A stretch of 64,000 nt of DNA from Candidatus Shapirobacteria bacterium GW2011_GWF2_37_20. Lineage in GTDB: Bacteria > Patescibacteriota > Microgenomatia > UBA12405. Made by a program: the position numbers and the translations under genes. Below the pieces are notes generated by a model that was given only the letters and a program-made list of their open reading frames with translations, was not told the origin of the DNA and made no database searches. This document shows, piece after piece, positions 55,453 to 64,000 of this stretch (position 1 is the stretch's first letter; each line of letters begins with the position of its first letter). The stretch covers positions 40,411 through 104,410 of the forward strand of contig LBTB01000002.1 of NCBI GenBank assembly GCA_000989305.1, written 5' to 3'.

Positions 55453-56505
55453 TCTTTCATAAACTCCGGATTTCTTTGCTTCCTCTACTGTAACTTTATT
55501 GCAAATATTTAGCATTTCCTGATTACTGGAACCCACACTTCTTAACTCTTCTTCTGAAGCCTCTAAGGGCATCTTTGGACCCCCCAAAAACGTTCCCGTC
55601 CAATTACAGCGAATACAAGCTTTGTTTAACTTATCTCCAAAAAACTTTCTGACAAAACTATGCAAATTGGCATCAACAACTTGATTTTCGTTCGCCGCCG
55701 GGTAAGGGGAGTAATATCGAAGCGGCTTAGTGCTTTCCAAAAGAGCACTGCAACATCCGCCCACAAAATTTACCTTCAATTTTTTACAGGCCAAACTAAT
55801 TACTCTCATTCCAAAAGCCGTTGCCATCGGCGCAATCGTTACTACTGTTTTTGGTTTACAACCTATTTTTACCAATTCTTCCAACATCTTTACATGTTGC
55901 ATTCCCGACGCTACCGGATCAGAGATATATAAAATTTCTAAATTATTTAAATTAAAACCTTCCAAATTTGGCTTAACTGACAATTGTGATTCCCTGGTAT
56001 ATATATTCTCACAATCTTTGTGACTCATGGCTACAATTGTTGATGGAATATTTTTCGTTTCATCCACCAAAAATAACGCTCTCTGCCAGTTGGTTAAATG
56101 ACCCTCCCTCGCAAAATATATTATTCCTGAGTTATCAGCCCTTGATCTGTTAATCAACTTTTTCATCTTAGGAGTATTTGCCAATTGATACATCGCCACC
56201 TCCATGTCCAATTGCGCCAAGGGCCCAAAATGATATCGCGGTAAAACAAATTTATTATCTTTATCAAAACCTCCAGCTCCGCTAATTATTTCTGCTTCCG
56301 GACTAGAAATCGTTACCACCCCCATTGTTTCCATGCAAGACAACTCGCTCTTTTCCCCCAAAACTGGCGAATACAATTTATGGTTTTTTACTTGAAACTT
56401 TCTTCTTATACCTTTTCCAACTATCTCACTTAATCTTTCTTTTTCGACTTGACTGGCAATCTTAAAAAAAATACTTGGTTTATCTCCAGGTTTTTTAATT
56501 GCCAT
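55414..56505 (-). CDS. Divergent uracil-phosphoribosyltransferase-like protein
   Basis: IIYFAREG resembles the ILRAG motif; LYISDPVASG resembles the PRPP loop DPMLATG. Confidence 0.5.
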   Translation of the reverse strand: MAIKKPGDKPSIFFKIASQVEKERLSEIVGKGIRRKFQVKNHKLYSPVLGEKSELSCMETMGVVTISSPEAEIISGAGGFDKDNKFVLPRYHFGPLAQLDMEVAMYQLANTPKMKKLINRSRADNSGIIYFAREGHLTNWQRALFLVDETKNIPSTIVAMSHKDCENIYTRESQLSVKPNLEGFNLNNLEILYISDPVASGMQHVKMLEELVKIGCKPKTVVTIAPMATAFGMRVISLACKKLKVNFVGGCCSALLESTKPLRYYSPYPAANENQVVDANLHSFVRKFFGDKLNKACIRCNWTGTFLGGPKMPLEASEEELRSVGSSNQEMLNICNKVTVEEAKKSGVYERLIPYSTRLMQSK

Positions 56506-56554
56506 CCTGGAATCTTATTTTAGCAGAAATTAATTTCCGAAACAATTTGTAAAG

Positions 56555-56628
56555 TGACTCCAGTGGGAGTCGAACCCACGATTGCCTGGATGAAAGCCAG
56601 GAGTCCTAGGCCACTAGACGATGGAGCC
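56555..56628 (-). tRNA. tRNA-Glu(TTC)
   Basis: GGCTCCA...TGGAGTC-A; CCTGG-CTTTCAT-CCAGG; GGTTCGACTCC. Confidence 0.96.
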
Positions 56629-56675
56629 GTTTTTAGCCTTATTGAAACAGTGAGTATTTTACCATAAACTACACC

Positions 56676-57299
56676 GTGATCTATATTTTCCACGGTAACC
56701 ATAATACCCAAAGTTATACCGCCTTCTCTGAATTGCTAAACAATTACGATAAACACGAAAAATTCCATCAAAATGGTAAAAATATTAATCCTGACTCTCT
56801 CGATAATTTCTTAAACACTCCCTCTCTTTTTTCTGAAACCAAAGTCGTAATTTTTGAAAATCTTTTCTCTCTTCTCAAATCTCCCTTCGATAAAATTATT
56901 AAGTTAATTAATTCCCATCCTGATTTTGATTACCTGTTCTGGCAGGACAAAAAGATCGAAGTTGCCAAACTCAAACTTTTACCTCAAGCTGACATTAAAA
57001 TTTTCACTCTTCCTGAATTACTTTTTTCTTGTCTTAATGCCATTAAGCCAAAAAATAAAGTAGATTTCTCCAAAAAATATCAGGAGCTAATGGCCACTTT
57101 TCCTTTAGAATTAGCCTTATTTTGGTTTAAAAACACTCTTCGTCGTCAGTTAACCACCTATTCCAAATTTTCAGAAGAAAATCTAAAAAAAGCCTACTTA
57201 AACTTGATTGAACTCGACAAAAAATCTAAAAGTGGCACCTTATACGAACCAAAAGATATGGCCATAGAGAGAATTATTCTCTCCCTCCTCGACGCCTAA
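56676..57299 (+). CDS. holA: DNA polymerase III delta subunit-like (shortened HolA)
   Basis: IYIFHG, PSLFSETKVVIFEN, LIELDKKSKSG C-terminal pattern. Confidence 0.7.
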   Translation: MIYIFHGNHNTQSYTAFSELLNNYDKHEKFHQNGKNINPDSLDNFLNTPSLFSETKVVIFENLFSLLKSPFDKIIKLINSHPDFDYLFWQDKKIEVAKLKLLPQADIKIFTLPELLFSCLNAIKPKNKVDFSKKYQELMATFPLELALFWFKNTLRRQLTTYSKFSEENLKKAYLNLIELDKKSKSGTLYEPKDMAIERIILSLLDA

Positions 57300-57323
57300 G
57301 TGTCGTTTCTGTTATTATTTTGT

Positions 57324-57725
57324 ATGACTGCCCAAATTGTCGACAAACCCTGGGGTCGTGAGATTATTCTTACCACTCCCGATCTGCCTTATGTTGCTAA
57401 AATTCTAGAAATAAAAGCCCAAAAACGTCTTTCTTTGCAATATCATGATCAAAAACTTGAAACATTAACTCTTTTTTCCGGCGAAGCCAATATTATCTGG
57501 GGAAAAGATAAAGATAATTTGGTCACCGAAAAAATGATTCCCAACAACGGCTACACCATTGCTCCGAATACAATTCATCGCTTTGAAGCTATAACTGATT
57601 GTCAAATCTTTGAAGCCTCAACTGGAGAAATTGGCACCACTTTCCGTCTAGAAGACGACGTTAATCGTCCTAACGAAACTGAAGAAATTAGAAATTCTCC
57701 CAATCGTGGCTGGACCCAAAAATGA
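57324..57725 (+). CDS. Cupin protein (type II mannose-6-phosphate isomerase C-terminal-like)
   Basis: VDKPWGRE, RLSLQYH..K.ET, IHRFEA, EAST, RLEDD. Confidence 0.8.
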   Translation: MTAQIVDKPWGREIILTTPDLPYVAKILEIKAQKRLSLQYHDQKLETLTLFSGEANIIWGKDKDNLVTEKMIPNNGYTIAPNTIHRFEAITDCQIFEASTGEIGTTFRLEDDVNRPNETEEIRNSPNRGWTQK

Positions 57726-59975
57726 TTAAAAAGCCCTCCTTATTATGGTTTAAAGACATTCATTTTGAAGATGTCAATATAGTCGGAGGAAAAGGCGCTA
57801 ATTTGGGGGAAATGTATAATATCGGCATTCCCGTCCCCAATGGTTTTTGTGTTACTGCCGAAGCCTATTTTAAATTCATCGAAGTCAATAAATTAAAGCC
57901 CAAAATCAAAGACATTCTTCAAAGCACCGATGTCGATCAACCCGAACAATTATCACAAGCTTCCTCAAAAATAAGAAAATTAATTAAATCTAGCCTTGGA
58001 AATCATGATGGCTTACAAAAAACTTTGCTCTTTTGGCGGACTCAAAGATGCTCCTGTCGCAGTTCGCACCTCCGCCACCGCCGAGGATAGCGCTGATGCC
58101 TCATTTGCCGGCCAAGGTGACACTTTTTTAAATGTTACCGGTGAAACTAATGTTGTTAACCAAGTCCGCGCTTGTTGGTCTTCACTCTTTACCTCACGTT
58201 CAATTTTCTATCAGGTCAAAAAACATTACGACCACTTTAAAATTGGGGTTGCTGTTCCGGTTCAAAAAATGGTCCAAAGTGAAGTCTCCGGAATCGTCTT
58301 TACCCTTAATCCAGTCACTAATAACAAAAACGAAATTGTAGTCGAAACTATCTGGGGACTTGGAGAATATATAGTTCAGGGAATTGTTACCCCCGACCAA
58401 CATCTCATTGATAAAAGTAACTGGGAAATAAAATATAAAAATTCCGTTCATCAAGATATCCAGTTAACCCGTTTCGCCGATAGTAATAAAGAATTAAAAG
58501 TTCCAAAATATAAGCAAAATAAAGCTAAAATCAGTGATACCATGGCAGTTAAAATCGCCAAATTATCCCAAAAGCTCCACAATCATTACGCCAAGGCTCA
58601 GGACATAGAATTCGCTATTGAAAAAGGTAAATTATATTTTGTTCAAACCCGACCTATTACTACCGTTGATGTCAGTCAAAAAAATATTAACGACCAAAAT
58701 AAAATTGACGTCAATTTACTTCCCATTCTTACCGGTGAACCAGCCAGTCCCGGTTCTGCCTCCGGAATTGCCGTCATTATTAAAGATCCAAAAGATATTA
58801 CCCGCGTTCAAAAAGGCCAAATCCTAATTACCCAGATGACCACTCCGGATTTTGTTCCTGCCATGAAAAAAGTCAACGGAATTATTACCGACAAAGGTGG
58901 TCAAACGTCTCATGCCGCCATTGTCAGTCGGGAACTTGGAGTTCCTTGTGTTGTCGGCACAACTACCGCTACCAAACTAATAAAAGAAGGGGACATTATT
59001 ACTATCGATGGTACCACTGGAAAAATTTACAGTGGCGACCACAGCTCCGGACTTATTGCCAAAAAGGTTGTCCATACCCTTCAAAAAACCGCTACCAAAC
59101 TCTATGTCAATTTAGGCGAACCAGACCTGGCCAAGGAAATCAGTAAAAGAAATGTTGATGGTATTGGTCTTCTCCGGGCTGAATTTATGATTGCCAATAT
59201 TGGCGTTCACCCAAAACGGATGATTCAGGAAGGTCGACAAAAAGAGTACGTAGAAAAATTAGCGCTAGGTATGGCTCAATTTTGCAAAAACTTCAACCCT
59301 CGACCTGTTATTTACCGAGCCACCGATTTTAAAACCAATGAATACCGCTATCTAAAATGGGGTAAACAGTACGAACCAGAAGAACCAAATCCACTCCTGG
59401 GTTTTCGTGGTGCAATTCGCTACATCAATTCTCCTGATGTCTTTCAAATGGAACTTGACGCCATTAAACTAATTCGCAATAAATATAATCTAAAAAATCT
59501 CTGGCTAATGATTCCCTTTTGTCGTTCACCTGAAGAGTTGTCAAAAGTTAAAAAAATTATCACTGATGCCGGCCTCTTACGTAGCCCCTCTTTTAAGCTT
59601 TTTATGATGGCTGAAATTCCCACCAACGTTATCATGATCGATAAATTTATCGATGTTGGTATTGATGGTATCTCGATTGGTAGCAACGACCTGACCATGC
59701 TTACTCTTGGCCTTGATCGCGACAATTCCGAAATTGCCAAAGACTTCAATGAGCTTGATCCTGCCGTCCTCTGGTCTCTAAAGAGATTAGTTACCAAAGC
59801 CAAAAAACGCAACATTATGGTTGGAATTTGTGGACAAGCTCCCAGTAACCATCCGGATTTAGTGCAAAAATTGGTGAAGTGGGGGATTTCCTCTATCTCC
59901 GTTTCACCCGACGCCATCGATCGCACCCGGGAAATCATCGCCTGGGCCGAAAATAAGAGATTTGAGAAAAAATAA
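57722..59975 (+). pseudogene. ppsA: Phosphoenolpyruvate synthase split by one frameshift near 57990 (real lesion or assembly error)
   Basis: Frame A: VGGKGANLGEM, VPNGF. Frame B: VAVRTSATAED, GGQTSHAAIVSRE, GLLRAEF, SIGSNDLT, ICGQAPS. Confidence 0.85.
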
Positions 59976-59977
59976 AT

Positions 59978-60415
59978 CTAGTTAGTCCTTCTTTGCACAA
60001 CTAAGCTTGGAATTTCACGGCCAGCAATTCGTTGAGCCTCAGCATTATCCATTAATGTTTTATTTACCAATACTACTGATCCGGAATATAAATCATAACG
60101 CGCCGCATCTGACTTTTTATCAATCTTTAGTTTTTCACCCTTACCTACCGGAATTATTTCATAAATACTCGGACGTCTTTCCTGCCAAATACCTATTGCT
60201 TTAGCACTTGGTGCACTACCAACAAAGCTAAGAATTTCTAAATACGGATCCTCGCTAAAAACAACAATTTTATTTTCTTCCAATGTCGAAACACTAACAC
60301 CTATTCCCTGTTTAAGTGGAATACTGATACTACCACTCTCCGCCAATCCTCGTCTAACTGAAAATCCACGATTATCTGTTCTAATAGTAGCCTGTTCTAC
60401 TGTAATTGTCTCCAT
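59978..60415 (-). CDS. Hypothetical protein
   Basis: 145-aa beta-rich ORF; TG-n-TATGTT box just upstream. Confidence 0.6.
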   Translation of the reverse strand: METITVEQATIRTDNRGFSVRRGLAESGSISIPLKQGIGVSVSTLEENKIVVFSEDPYLEILSFVGSAPSAKAIGIWQERRPSIYEIIPVGKGEKLKIDKKSDAARYDLYSGSVVLVNKTLMDNAEAQRIAGREIPSLVVQRRTN

Positions 60416-60450
60416 AAGTGAAACATATCACACTTTTAAAAAAATTCCAA

Positions 60451-60469
60451 TATCCCCTAGCAGGGGATA
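60451..60469. terminator. Hairpin, probable terminator
   Basis: TATCCCCT-AGC-AGGGGATA perfect inverted repeat between orphan genes. Confidence 0.6.
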
Positions 60470-60490
60470 AAAGATTTGAGATAAAACAAT

Positions 60491-60862
60491 TTATTTACGA
60501 GATATTCTTAACCCCACCGTCTGCTTATCCTTAAAAACACTCCCTCTGGTTATAACTTCAACATTTTTTCCAGTTATTGCAAAACATACATATAATTTTG
60601 GTCTCCCTTCTATGTTATCCTCAGTTGCAAAACCATCAACCAGAAATTTAACTCTTTTCCCTTTTTTATTTTTCTTACCTTCCAAAACAGTGGCTTCCCG
60701 GGTATCCAAGATACTGGCCAAGCCCGGTATAACAACCTCTAAATCTTTCTTCAATTCCTCCGCTGTAATAATCCTGTTGACAATGGTCATTGGCTCAGTC
60801 GAGGAAAAGGCTTCCTCTGATCCGTCTCGATTAATAATTATTTTTTCTATTTCAGTTGTCAT
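60491..60862 (-). CDS. Hypothetical protein
   Basis: 123-aa ORF in a tandem orphan cluster. Confidence 0.6.
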   Translation of the reverse strand: MTTEIEKIIINRDGSEEAFSSTEPMTIVNRIITAEELKKDLEVVIPGLASILDTREATVLEGKKNKKGKRVKFLVDGFATEDNIEGRPKLYVCFAITGKNVEVITRGSVFKDKQTVGLRISRK

Positions 60863-60885
60863 TAACGGATTTTAAAATATAATTT

Positions 60886-61203
60886 TTATTTAACAAACGT
60901 CATTCTCACCACTCTCCAACCATGATCTTTATTTGGCTTTTCACCTACCACAATTTGTTTTCCCAACGGAATGCTTATTAAACCTTCAACCGCCCTATAA
61001 GTCGAAACATTATCAATAAACTCCACCAATTTAACTCTATCATTGGCAATAATATAAGCCCCCTTATCGTCTTCTTCAGGATAACCCCACCTACTTTCTC
61101 TTACAAAAATGTCTTGACCTGCATTAAAAGTTTTTTCAAAATCCATAGGAATAAAAAACTTTTCAGCGTCAAGCACACCTTGTTCAACCCGCACTGGTGA
61201 CAT
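60886..61203 (-). CDS. Hypothetical protein
   Basis: 105-aa ORF; TG-n-TATAAT 6 nt upstream of ATG. Confidence 0.6.
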   Translation of the reverse strand: MSPVRVEQGVLDAEKFFIPMDFEKTFNAGQDIFVRESRWGYPEEDDKGAYIIANDRVKLVEFIDNVSTYRAVEGLISIPLGKQIVVGEKPNKDHGWRVVRMTFVK

Positions 61204-61222
61204 GTATGTATTATATCACACC

Positions 61223-61861
61223 TTAGGCAAAAACAACTACAACTTCACCTCGAATATCACCGTCCCAATCATTTTTTATTTCTTCAAACTTCTTTGTCAT
61301 CTCCCGGATTATTCTAATCTCCACCTTATCTCCATAAATCTCTTTCACTTCTTTCACTAATTTTTCAGTTCGAAGAGGGGATTCGTAAACCACTTTCGAC
61401 CCCTCAACCTCTTTGTATTTTTCCAAAATCTTTTTTCTCTCTCCGTCTTTCTTTGGTAAAAAACCCAAATATGAGAATCGTCCCATTGGTAATCCAGCCA
61501 AAACTAAAGCATTAATTGTTGCCGATGCTCCAGGAAGGGCTGTATATTTCAGACCCAACTCCTGACACTTTCGGACTAATAACCAGCCCGGATCAGACAA
61601 TAGGGGAGTTCCAGCATCAGTAACTAAACCCACTTCAAGTCCTTCTTTTAACATCTCCACTATTTGCGGTATTTTTTGTCTTTCTACTTCATCATAAAAA
61701 GATAACAGCTTTGGAGTATTGGCAATTTTAAGTTCTTTTAATAAAATTCCTGTTTTTCTAGTATCTTCACATAATAATACATCGATACTTTCAAACATAT
61801 CGATAGCCCTCAATGTAATATCTTTCATATTGCCAATTGGTGTTGCGATTATGTACAACAT
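61223..61861 (-). CDS. rsmI: 16S rRNA C1402 2'-O-methyltransferase
   Basis: LYIIATPIGNMKDITLRA, CEDTR, DAGTPLLSDPG, GFLP, YESP, REMTKKFEE. Confidence 0.95.
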   Translation of the reverse strand: MLYIIATPIGNMKDITLRAIDMFESIDVLLCEDTRKTGILLKELKIANTPKLLSFYDEVERQKIPQIVEMLKEGLEVGLVTDAGTPLLSDPGWLLVRKCQELGLKYTALPGASATINALVLAGLPMGRFSYLGFLPKKDGERKKILEKYKEVEGSKVVYESPLRTEKLVKEVKEIYGDKVEIRIIREMTKKFEEIKNDWDGDIRGEVVVVFA

Positions 61862-61865
61862 TTCT

Positions 61866-62483
61866 TTAATTAAATTGTCTAATCACTGCCACCACTTTTC
61901 CTCTAATTTCCACGTCAGTCACATACATCGGACTCATGGTGGAATTAGCTGGTTGCAAACGAATTCGATTGGCTTCCTGATAATATCTTTTCAAAGTTGC
62001 AAAACCATTTCGTAACACCGCCACCACAATATCACCATTATTAGCCATTTTTTGCTCTTTAATCACCACGTAATCTCCACTTAAGATTCCATCATCAATC
62101 ATCGAATCACCCTTGGCCTGCAATACAAACGATTTATCACCCGACTTAATCAAGGTCGAAGACACCATTAGGGTTGCGTTTGGATCAGTATATGGTTCAA
62201 TTGGTGCTCCACAAGCAATGAAACCTAAAACGGGTAATTCAGTTGTGTCTTCATTTCCTTTTTCTGTATTGTCCAACAATTCAATACCCCGTACTGCTCC
62301 ACGATAGCGCCTGACTAAACCTTTCTTTTCTAGGGCTGATAAGTGTTCATGCACAGTTGCAAGTGAAGATAATCCTAAATTTTGGGCAATTTCAGTTAAG
62401 GTCGGAGCATAACCATACCTGTCAATCGACTTAGCAATTAAATCAAGGATTTCTTTTTGTCTTTTGTATACAATGGCTGGCAT
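61866..62483 (-). CDS. lexA: SOS repressor LexA
   Basis: RQKEIL, GYAPTLTEI, TVHEHL wHTH; IACGAP cleavage region; GDSM Ser and ATLKR Lys; start probably ATG 62483. Confidence 0.95.
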   Translation of the reverse strand: MPAIVYKRQKEILDLIAKSIDRYGYAPTLTEIAQNLGLSSLATVHEHLSALEKKGLVRRYRGAVRGIELLDNTEKGNEDTTELPVLGFIACGAPIEPYTDPNATLMVSSTLIKSGDKSFVLQAKGDSMIDDGILSGDYVVIKEQKMANNGDIVVAVLRNGFATLKRYYQEANRIRLQPANSTMSPMYVTDVEIRGKVVAVIRQFN

Positions 62484-62490
62484 ATTTTTA

Positions 62491-62518
62491 ATCATACACG
62501 AACAATACCCGAAGTCAA
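62491..62518 (-). promoter_or_regulatory. lexA promoter with candidate direct-repeat operator
   Basis: Minus strand TTGACT-N16-TATGAT; TTCGG-N6-TTCGT lies at 62498-62513, between the boxes. Confidence 0.6.
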
Positions 62519-62544
62519 CCCTTTAATGGATGTTAATATTGAAT

Positions 62545-64000
62545 ATGTTCTTATGTTTATTCCTTATGTTTTTTTTCTTTAAAACACCTACCCTTGCTCT
62601 TTCTGACTTCACTATTAACGAAAACATTGAATATCTTCTCAACCTTTCCGGCCAAGCTACTGTCACCCACCAAATCGATATAACCAATAATTTTTCCCAA
62701 ATTTACCCCAAAGAATACCAAATTCAAATTCAGGGTTTACCTCTAAGCGATTTAAACGCCACGGACGATGGGGGAAATATTCTTACCAATTTCTTGTCCC
62801 AAAATGATTCTTCCCAGATCAAACTAAAATTTAACCAGCCAAAAGTTGGTAAAAATCAAACCACCACCTTTAAGCTGATATATCGTGTTCCAGAGCTAGC
62901 CAAGCATAAAGGAAAAACCTGGGAAATTTCTTTACCTCAATTAACTGACTCTGCCCTAAACAATACTCAAATTACCCTAAAAACTCCTTCTGATTTCGGC
63001 ACCCTCTCCTTCGCCTCCGTTCCAGTCAAATTTCAGGAAGGTCTTAATCAAAATACAGTCAGCCTTCAAAACAATTCACATTCCAAAATTCTAATAATCC
63101 TTGGCAATTATCAACTCTTTGATTTTAAGCTAAATTACTCCCTCAAAAACAACACCTCATCCACCATCACTTCCGAAATCGCCATCATTCCCGACACCTA
63201 TTCTCAGTCCGTCTATTATCAGTCAATATCTCCCTCCCCACTCGGTATTAGAGTTGATCCTGACGGTAATTGGTTAGCAAGCTACGAATTAAAAAGTGGA
63301 GAGGAACTAAATATTATTGCCGATGGTCAGGTTAAAACAGGCTTACATCTCCCAGTTGAAACCACAAACCTTGAAAAATACCTTTCCGATCAAACCTTCT
63401 GGCCAGTATCCGATCCTCAAATACAAGATATTTCCCGAAACCTAAACAGTTCCCGGGCTATTTATAATTATGTTGTCGACACTCTCAATTACAATTACGA
63501 CCGCTTAAATTCTTCGGGTCGCCTGGGAGCTCTTGCGGCTATCAATGACCCCAATAATTCGCTCTGTACTGAATTTACTGATCTTTTCGTCACCCTAGCC
63601 CGAGCTAAGAATATTCCCGCCCGAGAAATTGAAGGCTTTGCTTATTCCAATAATCCCAAAATTAAACCAATCAGTCTTCAAAACGATGTTCTTCATGCCT
63701 GGCCGGAATACTACGATTCCACCTCAAAAACCTGGAAAGCTGTCGATCCCACCTGGGAAAAAACAACCAACGGAATTGATTATTTTAGCGACCTTGACCT
63801 AAACCATATTACTTTCGTCACCCACGGACTCGACAGCCAAAACCCACTTCCGCCTGGTTCCTATAGAAATGAATTCAGTGAAAAATCAATTGCCATAAGT
63901 TTTGCCACCGAAGAAATAAAAACGGTTACCGCCCTTCCCTTAATTGCCTTTAAAAACGACCGTCTTCTACTCCAGAATTACACTCCGAATTCCCAAAAAA
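62545..64000 (+). CDS. Secreted transglutaminase-like protein (3' end outside window)
   Basis: Open frame 1 with signal peptide; CTEFTDLFVTLARAKNIPARE, HAWPEYYD, VDPTW (Cys-His-Asp triad); not in ORF track. Confidence 0.85.
   Translation, partial: MFLCLFLMFFFFKTPTLALSDFTINENIEYLLNLSGQATVTHQIDITNNFSQIYPKEYQIQIQGLPLSDLNATDDGGNILTNFLSQNDSSQIKLKFNQPKVGKNQTTTFKLIYRVPELAKHKGKTWEISLPQLTDSALNNTQITLKTPSDFGTLSFASVPVKFQEGLNQNTVSLQNNSHSKILIILGNYQLFDFKLNYSLKNNTSSTITSEIAIIPDTYSQSVYYQSISPSPLGIRVDPDGNWLASYELKSGEELNIIADGQVKTGLHLPVETTNLEKYLSDQTFWPVSDPQIQDISRNLNSSRAIYNYVVDTLNYNYDRLNSSGRLGALAAINDPNNSLCTEFTDLFVTLARAKNIPAREIEGFAYSNNPKIKPISLQNDVLHAWPEYYDSTSKTWKAVDPTWEKTTNGIDYFSDLDLNHITFVTHGLDSQNPLPPGSYRNEFSEKSIAISFATEEIKTVTALPLIAFKNDRLLLQNYTPNSQK

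Noticed and set aside
56520-56711. 63-aa minus-strand ORF in the track
   Set aside because: It overlies tRNA-Glu and the holA start.
59444-59938. 164-aa antisense ORF in ppsA, and similar shadow ORFs in the Wzy_C gene, ftsZ, glyS, ileS and dnaE
   Set aside because: They lie wholly within well-supported genes and have no motifs; expected from codon bias.
60418-60425. GTGAAACA as a possible parS site
   Set aside because: Only half of the TGTTTCACGTGAAACA palindrome, and it overlaps a probable promoter. No full parS was seen near parB either.
62540-62552. GAATATGTTC as a Firmicutes-type SOS box
   Set aside because: Spacing and left half do not fit GAAC-N4-GTTC, and it overlaps the transglutaminase start.
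1-64000. Alternative genetic code (UGA=Gly), prophage, IS elements, rRNA
   Set aside because: TGA ends several conserved genes at expected positions (e.g. murA, ileS) and core genes translate full length in code 11. No phage, transposase, integrase or rRNA signatures were recognised.

Overview
Gene-dense, AT-rich bacterial chromosome segment using genetic code 11. The gene set (DUF4012 protein, alpha2-type GlyRS, shortened RecO/HolA/Lgt, many short orphans) suggests Patescibacteria/CPR, probably Microgenomates; this is inference. In order: a surface-glycan locus (1-11.7 kb), recO-glyS, an unusual division/cell-wall (dcw) cluster (14.2-29.8 kb), ileS-rodA-rplU-rpmA-parB-lepB, gdhA, a secreted lipase-like protein, ndk, polX-lemA-htpX, dnaE, rplS-lgt, a frameshifted ppsA, rsmI-lexA and a partial transglutaminase-like gene. 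Six tRNA genes (Val, Thr, Gly, Asp, Lys, Glu) are interspersed. I see no rRNA, CRISPR array, integrase or transposase. The best candidate for an undescribed system is the dcw cluster. It has no canonical murC, murD, murF, ddl or ftsQ. Instead it carries an Mpl-like recycling ligase, a MurE with a DDTR motif, an ATE/Bpt-like aminoacyl-tRNA transferase and an NlpC/P60 peptidase. It also contains a module of a LysW-like carrier (missed by the ORF track, ending in EEK), a MazG-like protein, a PLP enzyme and an ATP-grasp ligase. Other points: widespread leaderless gene starts, tRNA-punctuated operons, a 600-bp islet at tRNA-Asp flanked by direct repeats, ATCCCC/GGGGAT hairpins around orphan genes, and resistance-type active-site variants in MurA and IleRS. 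All family calls come from motif recognition by eye; no searches were run.
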